64,000 nt of DNA from the NCBI RefSeq assembly GCF_006345805.1, contig NC_042998.1:104098001-104162000 (forward strand), written 5' to 3'. The position numbers were made by a program, and so were the translations under genes. Origin of the DNA: Octopus sinensis. Lineage: Eukaryota. Numbering within the stretch: position 1 is the first letter of the stretch; each line of letters begins with the position of its first letter. This document shows positions 53,820 to 64,000 of the stretch, in pieces. The notes under the pieces were generated by a model. That model was given only the letters and a program-made list of their open reading frames with translations. It searched no databases and was not told the DNA's origin.

Positions 53820-53975
53820 ATGGTCGCACCACTAGCAATGTGCACCTCTTCGTGCGTCACTTTTAAACTACTTGATCCACCCATACACACTTCTACGCGG
53901 TTGTGCACTGTTCCCATATTGTGTTAAAAGCCTCCGATGAATTTCAGCACCTGACATAAACCCACAGGTCAGCAA
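53820..53975 (-). mobile_element. Mariner transposase N-terminal relic
   Basis: SGAEIHRRLLTQYGNSAQPRRSVYGWIK*FKS. Confidence 0.7.
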
Positions 53976-54360
53976 TACTCGGGCATTGGATGAGTGCAAG
54001 CAGGACCTGTCTCGTCGTCCTGCGCGCATCTCGGACATTCTCGACTGACGGCACTTCTGTGCCTGTAAAGTTTATCTCGAACAGGCAAAGCTCCCAGTAG
54101 CAGTTCCAAGCCGAAATTTCTCCGAAAAAGAGCAGCTAGTTAATCTCCGATGCCAAAGGTTCTCTCTAAGAACGTTGTTGCATTTTTCCTTTGTTCATTC
54201 TCTATAAAAAAAACAACTAAAGTGGACGCTCCACCTGTTGCGGTGTCTAATTGGCTGAGGGCTGTGAGCGCTTGAAGACATTCCAGTTTCCAAATGCTCC
54301 TCCTCAGTGTCTGTTTTACCCAGGACTGCAGCTCCGTTAAAGAAACTAGCTGCAGAAATA
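53965..54360 (-). mobile_element. L1/Tx1-type LINE ORF2 C-terminal relic
   Basis: GALPVRDKLYRHRSAVSRECPRCAQDDET, then frameshifted ALIQCPSIADLWVYV (CCHC region). Confidence 0.75.
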
Positions 54361-54571
54361 CTTGTCTGGTGAACGGCGATGATAAATTTTATTAAATACT
54401 ATATCTCTATTTTCTTAATTTCTTTTTGAATGATTATAAACCATGGCTTATATCTAGACCTCTTATTCATGAATATTATTATTCACAACAAATATTAGGT
54501 AATGAACCAGTAATTCATTGGCTATTACTATCCCTTAATGAGGCTAATTTAACCGCTGATTGAATTGTGTG

Positions 54572-54617
<46 letters not shown>

Positions 54618-55734
54618 CGCGCACACACATATATACATACATACACACATACATACATGCATACATCCATCATCCATATATATATATATATATATATTAT
54701 ATTATATATAAAATATATATATATACATGCATACATGTATGTATGTATGTATGTATGTATGTATGTATGTATCTATGTATGTATGTATGTATGTATGTAT
54801 GTATGTATGTATTATGTATGTATGTTAGTGTTTATGTATGCATGTATGTATCTGTTGCTAGTGAACAAGTTGTTCGTGATTACTCTTATCGACGTCTAGG
54901 TGAGTTAAAATCAACTCATTTACTGCATCGCTTCATACACAGTACAATTATCTCCAAATACCCATAGACTAGCTTAAACACCGCTTCCTGGTTGAATTTG
55001 TATATATTCTCCGCGGTCTCTTTTGTAAACTTGCCGGCTAAATTGTGTTACACGCGGTAGGGTTTCGCTTCGTATAACAAAACAAAACGACAACAGAACG
55101 AACTAAGTACAGAGGTCAGAGTGTGTCAAATGTATGGCATCTTAATGAATTCCTCAGTCAGTATTGTGACTAAGGCTTATTTAGCTGGAAGGCTGCAGGG
55201 GGTTGTTAATGTTCCTCAGGGGCCAAAATGTAGGTTTCTCTTTTTTTTTTATATATATTTTAGCAAAGAAATAAACAAGAGCAACAAACTAAAATTAGCT
55301 ATAGACAGTATCTGCACATAGCAGTCCACTTATTCTATCATACTTTTCCCTATCAACAAGGTCAATTATAACTGTATCAAATAGCCAAACAGACGGAAAG
55401 ATATAAAAATATAAAGAAATAAAGATATAAAGAGATATTGAGAGGAGAGGGATACTAACTGCAGACAATAGGGCTGAAGGGAAAATAACCTCCTGGGGAT
55501 TACACTGCATACTAAATACATTTTCGGGAGTTGATAAAAAACTTTGATTTACTGAAATTATCCTTGCAATTAGAAAACAAAATCTCCCTAAAGAAATGTT
55601 TAGAAGCTATAAAATAACAATGCAAGTGTTCTAAATTTTTGGTAAAAAAAAAGGCAATAGGCTCACTCGTAAATTAAGAGTAGGTGATATCGTTGATATC
55701 TCGTTGGTAGTTGTAAATTATTCTTTTATACTCT

Positions 55735-55930
55735 TTGCACAAGTCCCGAAATTTTGGGAAAGGGAGCTAGTCGATTAGATCGCCCCCAGTGCGCAACTGG
55801 TACTTAATTTATCGATCCCGAAAGGAAGAAATGCAAAGTCGACTTCAGTGGAATTTGAAATCAGAACGTAAATACAGACGAAGTACTGCTAAGCATTTCC
55901 CTTGGCGTGCTAACGTTTCTGCCAGCACAG
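55735..55930 (-). mobile_element. SINE family 2
   Basis: Reverse complement matches the family 2 head and body. Confidence 0.8.
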
Positions 55931-56214
55931 CATGGTGGTTGTAAAATGTTAAACAAAGGAAGTTACTGCTTTCTCTCATACTAGTAAAATATTTGCTAAT
56001 CGAAGATTTTCCGGTCTCTGTACTACGTATATGTGGCTATATAATGTGAATGGTTACTTGAGTGTGTGTGTGTGTGTGTGTGTGTGTTTATGTTTGTGTG
56101 TGTGTTTGTGTTTGTGTGTGTGTGTGTTAAAACACATGCACAACAATACATATCATTCACACTATCGATACTAGTATCATTCAATATATATATGTACAAA
56201 ACTTAAAACTTAGA

Positions 56215-56690
56215 TAAACTTAGATATGTTTCGACCAAAGATTGGTCCGGGCCATGTCTAACTTAATAGCACCACCTGATAGGATTATCGAAATCCTGTT
56301 TAAGTCAAGTTTTGTTTATGGTCCATTCAAGTAGTGAGTTTTTGTTGAGTGAGCTGTATCCAATTATGGGTGGCTTATCAGGTATTCCTTGAAGGAATCT
56401 ATCCAGACTCCGTTTAAAGTTGATGGGATCCTTTTCCTCTTTAATCTCTTTCGGGACAATGTTAAATAGGGCAGGGCTTGTTGAGGAAAAGAAATTATGT
56501 TGCAGTGTTCTTGAATTGGGCAGGGGACGTATGGCCCGTGGTCCCAGTCTTGGATGAACCTTGAAGCTAATGTTCAGGTCGTTTGGGCAATGCTGGCGGT
56601 TTATTCTCCACATCGTACAAATGATGTACCTCTCGCGGCGGCGCTGGAGAGAGTAGAGTTTCAAGGCTTATTTATCTTTATAATCTTTTA
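56215..56690 (-). mobile_element. 3' end of a CR1/L2-group LINE (post-RT C-terminus plus 3' UTR)
   Basis: LYSLQRRRERYII...PALFNIVPKEIK...FKRSLDRFLQGIPDKP...NSLLEWTINKT*; clade assignment is approximate. Confidence 0.8.
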
Positions 56691-56815
56691 TTTTATTCCG
56701 TCATTGGTCTGCCACCATGCTGGAGCACCGCCCTCAAGGTTTTATTCGAACAAGTCGAACTTAGTGCTTTCTGATTGTTAACCTGATACTCATTGTATCG
56801 ACTACTTTCACCTCA
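56690..56815 (-). mobile_element. SINE family 1 tail
   Basis: TCAGTCATT-like ...GCCACCATGCTGGAGCACCGCC. Confidence 0.7.
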
Positions 56816-56876
56816 AAGCATGTGATACGGAAAATAACAGCTACGTCTGCGCCTGTGTGTATGCATGCTTATACGC

Positions 56877-56916
<40 letters not shown>

Positions 56917-57022
56917 TGTGTGTGTGTCTGTGTCTCTGTGTGTGCGTGTGTATGTATGTATGTATATATATGTGTGTATATATGTATGTGGGGGTATACA
57001 TATCTTTATATATATGTGCATG

Positions 57023-57122
57023 NNNNNNNNNNNNNNNNNNNNNNNNNNNNNNNNNNNNNNNNNNNNNNNNNNNNNNNNNNNNNNNNNNNNNNNNNNNNNN
57101 NNNNNNNNNNNNNNNNNNNNNN
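57023..57122. other. Assembly gap (100 N)
   Basis: Run of N. Confidence 1.
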
Positions 57123-57644
57123 ATGGAGCTAATAAGCGGTCAGCTTTTTTTATTTTATAAGAATGCCATATTAGTATGGCGATAACTAATATTTCCGGGG
57201 GAACGCTGCTTGTTCTCTTTTAGAGAGACTTAGTAATTTTAATATTTCTATTATATATATATGTATATACGTAAATTCACATCAAGATACATATATACCA
57301 TATGTATATATGCATACAGATATATTTAAAAACTGTCTGCTGTATAGAAAATTAAAATAAGAAAATTGTACAATAAATTAATATAATATAATTGAATGTA
57401 ATATGAATATATAAATTTGAAATAATATTTTGGAATTCAAATATGAAAATGAGTAAAAATTAGTAAAAATTTAACCTCGGTAGAATTTAAATTTAAATTT
57501 GTAAAACAGTCGAATGCTTTCTTGAAAGTAGAATATAAAATATGAAGGAGAAATATGTACAAGCATTGTAATACTAAAATATGTCAATATTTTAGGTGTA
57601 AAAGCCAAATTCAAATGCATAAATCAAAATTTTTTACTCGTACG

Positions 57645-58330
57645 GTATTTTTTAGATGACATTTTAAACCTCGTTGCGTGTCTGTAGGAGTTTAAAAGTT
57701 CTCGTCTTTGGTTCAATGCATGTTTCTTCTGGAACAGGATGAAAAGTCTTTTCTGAGAAGCAAAGATTGCATTTCATGGGTCTTCTATATGCTTCATGTT
57801 TATATAGTGCTGCCTTTTCCAAAATTGTCCAGTTTATATTGAAAGGACGGGTGTCATTTACTTTCAATTGCTAGACATGTTTTGTAAGACTTGTTGCTGT
57901 TCTATTTTCGGGGTATCGGAAAGAATTTCGATGGGAATAAAACCTTGTCTAGAATGAACTTTCCGAAGCTCCTGTGTATGTTTTATATTCTTGTGAGCCA
58001 TCTGTTTGTACTTTAGCTCTATAAACTATTCATTTTTCAAGACATTTTTTTCTTCTAACGGACACTAACTCTTATCTTTGAGATTGCAATTCTACAATTC
58101 AGTACTGTGGTTGCTTCTAATGAATTTTGTGTTATGCTGATTAATAAAAGAGGCGAAGTTTTTGCAACAAGAATAACTATCCTTCAGCGTTCTTATTTTT
58201 CCCCCTTCTACTAAAGCTAATTTTTGATTTGAGGTGTTCTTTGATTTATATAATAATATGATTTTAAATCGTAATTGTAATTTCATGTAACCGCTTATTG
58301 AAAAAAAAACACGTTAGCTGAAAGGACTAA
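57645..58330 (-). mobile_element. Penelope-like element GIY-YIG endonuclease relic
   Basis: Minus strand TLKDSYSCCKNFASFINQHN...CPLEEKKCLEK*IVYRAKVQTDGSQEYKTYTGASESSF*TRFYSHRNSF...NINWTILEKA...KCNLCFSEK. Confidence 0.85.
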
Positions 58331-58414
58331 TAAAACAAAACCATTTTCAAATGAGTATCTATCAACGTAATTGTATATTGATACATATAACCATATTTTG
58401 TTCCAATCTCAACC

Positions 58415-58460
58415 AAAACTGTCCGAAGAACAGGAACGTGAAACTCTGAGTAACAGTTTT
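58415..58460 (+). ncRNA. Type I hammerhead motif, family C (U4C core)
   Basis: AAAACTGT-CCGAAGA-ACAGGAACGT-GAAA-CTCTGA-GTA-ACAGTTTT: perfect 8-bp stem I, palindromic stem III, GUA triplet, very weak stem II. Confidence 0.6.
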
Positions 58461-58634
58461 TTGATACATTTGCAGCTTTATTAATAATGTATGTATAAAT
58501 ATATATATATATGTATGTATATAATATATATATATTATTTATATATATATATATTATATATATATATATATAAGCTAAAGTAGCTGGTTTTTTAAAATCT
58601 CTGAAAGAGATCCAAGTAGTAACGTTACTAAAGA

Positions 58635-58805
58635 GTAATGTTTGTTGCTCTTTTGCGTGGCTGTTTCATGCAGAACAAATTTACTAAATTTTAATCCCGG
58701 GGAAATAAACTAACCAGCTGTAAAAGAGGTTTACCTATGGTTAAAATGTAAGCAACATTGTTCTGCATGGAACAGCCACACGGAAGTGGCAACAAATGCT
58801 ATTAA
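58635..58805. mobile_element. Small MITE with about 45-bp imperfect TIRs
   Basis: TTTGTTGC...GTGGCTGTTTCATGCAGAACAA versus TTGTTCTGCATGGAACAGCCAC...GCAACAAA. Confidence 0.65.
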
Positions 58806-58810
58806 TATAT

Positions 58811-58874
58811 TAGAGTTTCATGAGTCGTCCACGAAGCTACAGCCTTCGTAGATGCGAAACCATTGGTCATTCTA
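58811..58874 (+). ncRNA. Decayed type I hammerhead motif with long stem II (family D)
   Basis: TAGAGT-TTCATGA-[long ACGAAG/CTTCGT hairpin]-GAAA-CCATTG-GTC-ATTCTA; 6-bp stem I including one G:U; two core mutations. Confidence 0.5.
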
Positions 58875-58975
58875 TGACCAGACATTAACTTTATTACTTT
58901 AATAATTTACTGCTCTACACTTTAGAGTGTGCTTCTTTTCCGGATATATGATACATTGACGATATATATATATGA

Positions 58976-59013
<38 letters not shown>

Positions 59014-59109
59014 ATACGTATGTATACACACACACACCCACCCACACCCATATATATACATATATATATATATATCTTTACACACACACACGCTCACGCG
59101 CGTGTGTGT

Positions 59110-59585
59110 AGTTTTATGTTTGTGTTTGTCTGGCATTACCGCTTGACAACCAATGTTGATGCGTTTGCTTCCTCGTAACTTAGTGGTTCTCAAAAAGACC
59201 TCGAAAGATTAAGTACTAGGCTTAAAAAGATATGTGGAGGCGCGTGGCTTAGTGGTTAAGGTGTCAGCACCATGATCGTAAGATTGTGGTTTCGATTCCT
59301 GGACCGGGCGACGCGTTGTGTTCACGAGCAAAACACTTCATTTCACGTTGCTGCAGTCCACTCAGCTGGCAAAAATGAGTAACGCTGCGATGGACTGGCG
59401 TCCCGTCCAACTGGGGAACACATACGCCATAGGAACCGGGAAACCGGACCCATGAGCCTGGCTAGGCTTTAAAAGGGTGCATTTATTTTTATTTTATTTA
59501 AAAAGATATAAGTATTGAGATCGAGTTGTTCTTCAAAAAGGTGTTCCATAATTACCACAGTCTAATGACTAAAACAGCTAAAAAA
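59110..59585 (+). mobile_element. SINE family 1 3' half interrupted by a family 3 SINE
   Basis: Body at 59110-59233 resumes at 59510-59585. Confidence 0.75.
59234..59497 (+). mobile_element. Full-length tRNA-derived SINE family 3 with 12-bp TSD
   Basis: A box TGGCTTAGTGG, B box GTTTCGATTCC, (TTTTA)n tail; TSD TTAAAAAGATAT at 59222-59233 and 59498-59509. Confidence 0.9.
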
Positions 59586-59904
59586 AAAAAAAAACGCATG
59601 TATCTATGTATACATGGGTGCATATAAATGTATTTTGCACGGAAAACCACTCCAGGTGTGAATAGAATAAGAAAGAATGTTTTATATTCGATTATTGTGC
59701 AAGGAAGTGTAAGCGGATCTTGTGATTCAACTTGATATTTTACCCACCCACAAGCATTTGTTATTGCTGGTCCAGAGATGGTTCATTGCATTTTACTTGG
59801 TGTTCATTGCTTTTTATAGCCTTAAAATCTCTACGTTATTTTGATTTATCATTTTATACAAATATTATGAATATTTAATGTTATTATTACTTTTATTAAT
59901 ATTT

Positions 59905-61140
59905 TTGAAGGTGGCGCGTTAGCAGAATCATTACTACCCGGGACAACATGATTTGCGGCATTTGTTCCGCTTTTTTATGTTTTTAATATTTTGAGGGTCA
60001 ATCTGCTTTAGGGTCGATAAAATAAGTAGCAGTTGAGTACTGGGGTCGATGTAATCCACTTCCCCTCTACACAAAATTGTTGGCCTTTTGCCAAAATTAG
60101 AATGATAGGGAGCGAGCGGTCAGAAACGTTAGCACGCTGAGCGAAATGCTTAGCGGTATTTCGTCCGCCGCTACGTTCTGAGTTCAAATTCCACCGAGGT
60201 CGACTTTGCCTTTTATCCTTCGGGGTCGATAAAATAAGTAGCAGTTGAGTACTGGGGTCGATGTAATCCACTTCCCCTCTACACAAAATTGTTGGCCTTT
60301 TGCCAAAATTAGAATGATAGGGAGCGAGCGGTCAGAAACGTTAGCACGCTGAGCGAAATGCTTAGCGGTATTTCGTCCGCCGCTACGTTCTGAGTTCAAA
60401 TTCCACCGAGGTCGACTTTGCCTTTTATCCTTTCGGGGTTGATTAAATAAGTACCAGTTACGCACTGGGGTCGATATAATCGACTTAATCCTTTTGTCTG
60501 TCCTTGTTTGTCCTCTCTGTGTTTAGCCCCTTGTGGGTAGTAAAAAAAAATAGGTATTTCGTCTGCCGCTACGTTCTGAGTTCAAATTCCACCGAGGTCG
60601 ACTTTGCCTTTCATCCTTTCGGGGTCGATAAATTAAGTACCACTTACGCACTGGGGTCGATGTAATCGACTTAATCCCTTTGTCTGTCCTTGTTTGTCCC
60701 CTCTATGTTTAGCCCCTTGTGGGCAATAAAGAAATAAGAATTGTTAGCATGCCGGAGAAAATGCTTTGCGTCATTTCATCTGCCTCCACGTTCTGAGTTC
60801 AAATTCCGCCGAGGTCGACATTGCATTTCATACTTTCGGGATCAATGAAATAAGAACCAGTTGAGCACCGGAAGTGGGGGTTGGTGATGTAATCGATTGG
60901 CTCCTCCTTAAAAAGATGTACCTATAATAGAAAGGATTATTATTGTTATTAAGGTCGCGAACTCGTACAATCGTTAGTACAAAATGCTTAGTTGTATTTC
61001 TTCCAAGTCATAACGTTTTAAGTTGCTTGACATCCTTTCGACATCAGTAAAATAAGTACCAGTTGAACATAGTGATCGATGCAGACTTACTTCCAACCCC
61101 TAAAATGACTGGCCTTATGTATAAAATTTAAAGCTATTTT
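59905..61140 (+). mobile_element. Multimeric SINE family 2 array
   Basis: At least six successive heads or bodies, including an exact 212-bp-period duplication (60011-60220 = 60223-60432). Confidence 0.85.
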
Positions 61141-62844
61141 TATTATCTGCGTGATACTTTACTTTAGCACGAGAAGACGGCTGATTTCCCCCTGTATAAT
61201 GAATATGAGAATTTTGAAAATAATCTTTTTCCTCTCAACTTCATTAAACCACTTGAAGAAAAAAAATAAGAATATAGACGTAGAAATTGTGAAGACGTTA
61301 AAGTAACCAAGGCCTTAACGGGTTAACCCTGAATGTGCGTGTGTGTGTGCGCGCGGCTCGCTCGCGTATGTAGGATGAAAAAACTGGGAGAGGGTACATT
61401 TGATATTTTGCGTGTCAGAGAATACTGGCTTTTTATGTGTAATGTATTACAAATTATCTATGATGGCCTTTTCTCCAAATTTGAGCATTTTTCTTGTTTA
61501 ACTTTTATACCCTTTATTTATAGGACTTGCTTTTATTAATTAGCTTTTTAGAATTAGTGGGGTGTTTATATTAATTTATTGTATCTCCACGTTAGTTATC
61601 TTCGAACGAATAAATTACAAGTATCAAAATCTAGAGTTATATTTCAGAAAGTAACTGTGTTTGGAATGGCATGGCACGTGATTTTAAATCCAAATATATA
61701 TATATATACGATGATAAGCTCTTTATAGATAGTATTCATTTTATGGCTATCCCATGCTGACGAGAAACAATATCCAGCGACTACGTTTAAGAAAAAAAAA
61801 AAAAAAAGAAAAGGAAGGTAGCAAATAGTTTTCGCGTGAGTTTAAAAGTTTTCTAAGTTTTTTCCATTTTGACCAAAAAACCAAAATATCGGAATTTGTG
61901 GATTTATGCAGACATATTGAAATTAACTATGGGATTTACAACAATTGACTCAATAAATATAATATTTCTTGCATAAAAGTCTTGCTGTACCATGAAAGGA
62001 GATAAAGCGTTAATTTATTCGCCATCATGAACAAGAGTAGCTTCCGTGTTTACGTTTAGTTTTTGCACATATTACTGGGAACACAAAAATACATCACGTA
62101 CTCCTCTCGAGAACAGATGAAAATACCGTATACTTTGCTTATGATAGTGAACAGAGTAATAGGTTACGCAGTTCTTTAATATTTCTGGCAATAAATGAAT
62201 CAATCAAAACGCGATCAACAACCATATTTTGTTGTGATTATGGATATTTTTTTCTTATGTATTTCATACTTTTAAGCTACAGGTATCATTTGAGTTATCG
62301 AATGCGAAAAATTAGAAATTATAGTCCATTGTAATAAAACATACAAACGTACGTACACACGAACATACACGTGCGCACACACTTACATACAAATATCCAT
62401 TCGCAAGAGACCACAGTAGAATATTCTTGCCAAAAGAACTGCAGATCGAACCCGAAAAGCTTGGGAAGTGAACTATTAAATGTACAACCATTATAATATA
62501 TATACAAACTGTACTTTGAGAATTCAGAATATTCTTCCTCGTTTACAAATCCAAACGTTTACTAATCAATATAGTACATGCACGTGCGTATTTGAGTGTA
62601 TATATGTGTGTATGAGATTGTGTGTGTGTAATTAGAGAGAGAGAGAGAGAGGGGATGAGAGGATAAATCAACTTTTATGATATTTAGTCACGACAGTTCC
62701 TTTATTCTTTCCAATACAACAGAAAATGGAATAAAATAGATGCAAAGAAACATATATGCAGTTTTGCACAATGCTTCATTGGAACTGCTTTCTAGCAAAC
62801 TATGAAATGACACTGAACAACTGAAAACTTCTAACCGGGTATAT

Positions 62845-62975
62845 TCGAAAGTTAAGCAACAACAATGGTACTGACATTGGCGTGTACTTGGATAGTTGAT
62901 TTTGCAAGCTTGTATTTTCGAGTTCGAATCCTCTACACAGCACCTAGGCAAGTATTTTCTACTATAGTCTCTTGC
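62845..62975 (+). mobile_element. Degenerate SINE family 1 head
   Basis: TTCGAGTTCGAATCC...CACCTAGGCAAGTATTTTCTACTATAG. Confidence 0.55.
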
Positions 62976-64000
62976 TAACGATTATATGTCTGAGTGCATG
63001 CGAGTGAGAAAGAAACGGAGAGTGAATAAGCGCGTGTGAAGAACAATAATGGATCTCAGGTGGCCTTCGGAAGTCCTGGGTGCAGCTCCTTCTCTCAGGC
63101 CATGTTATATCCTAATGTATGCGTATGTGCGAGAGTGTATATGTACTTGAGCGAAATATATACGCAAGTATACGTATAACTTGCACTGGTATATATCAGC
63201 AAACGATGTGAGCAACAGCGTGAAAACTTCAAAACTGTGCTTCCTCAAATAAGCACCTTGTTTGGCATGAATTTCACAGCGACTTGGCCATGTCCCAAAC
63301 GTCTGAATTCTCAATTTCCTCACAGTAACCTATAAACTAAGCTATTTCATTTTGTGAAACATTTGTAATCTTCGGAAAATTGTAACGTTTACAACAAAGT
63401 GAAAACTAATTATAATATTAGCTCATAAAGTTCATTTTTGTGTAATCATTAAAGTTTAAAGTCTTCCGCGTTGGCTTAAAGTGTTGCTCTTATTAAAGGC
63501 ATATTAAATACATCAATGACCCGTTTATAAGATTCTATGATAACCCCTTCTGAAGAAGACATTTCGTAGCGAACATCATTTATAATTTAGATAATAACTA
63601 CTTCTCTTTACTGAGGGTGCAATATTTATTGATGAAATTTTCTTGTTTCTCTTCATCAAGTATATTAACGCACAACTTTTACTATTTATTCAACCCGCTG
63701 TACTCTAGCTTTGGTCACTTTATTCGGAAAAATAATAGTGCAAGAATTGTACAACAAATGTAATGGACAAAATACAAATATAGATAAATCCATTCATCAA
63801 CCAGAAACATTACGATTTCGGCGCTTGGGAAAAATTGTTATCGCTCATCTGGAAAGTGCCAGGATTCAAACGAACGAAAATGATGAGAAAGCTTGCGATT
63901 AAAAACAGAGGAGACGTTAAAAAAAAGTCATGTGATTAAAATAAACAAGAAGAAAAGTGAAAAAACTTGTACAAAAAAGGGAACTAATATATAAGGCATA

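Noticed and set aside
56822-57185. ORFs spanning the N run
   Set aside because: Artefacts of microsatellite plus assembly gap
59234-59305. Apparent tRNA gene
   Set aside because: Head of a SINE: continues into a repeat body and tail, has a TSD and lacks a complete cloverleaf
61310-61335. GGGTTAA/TTAACCC piggyBac-like termini
   Set aside because: No matching opposite terminus found

Overview
AT-rich, microsatellite-saturated eukaryotic DNA, most likely from an octopus. That assignment is inferred from repeat composition and SINE types, not from a database search. I recognise no intact protein-coding gene; almost all listed ORFs are microsatellite read-throughs or antisense shadows of transposon relics. 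The window is a transposable-element graveyard. It holds three tRNA-derived SINE families (about 30 copies or fragments) and relics of RTE, CR1/L2-like, L1/Tx1, restriction-like-endonuclease (R4/Dong-type) and Penelope-like retroelements. It also holds Tc1/mariner, pogo/Tigger and hAT relics, plus a Merlin-like family with GGATC termini and 8-bp target-site duplications (TSDs). Highlights: (1) eight short (TA)n-abutting elements from four sequence families carry minimal type I hammerhead-ribozyme motifs, with recurrent non-canonical cores (CUGUAGA, CCGANGA); (2) one Merlin-like MITE is flanked exactly by a 212-bp direct duplication instead of an 8-bp TSD; (3) RLE-type LINEs sit in microsatellites, beside a 560-bp companion repeat; (4) multimeric SINE arrays share the same monomer junction at two loci; (5) an 84-nt pre-miRNA-shaped hairpin lies between inverted SINE arrays. 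There is a 100-N gap at 57023-57122. TE relic boundaries are approximate and all alignments and translations were done by eye.
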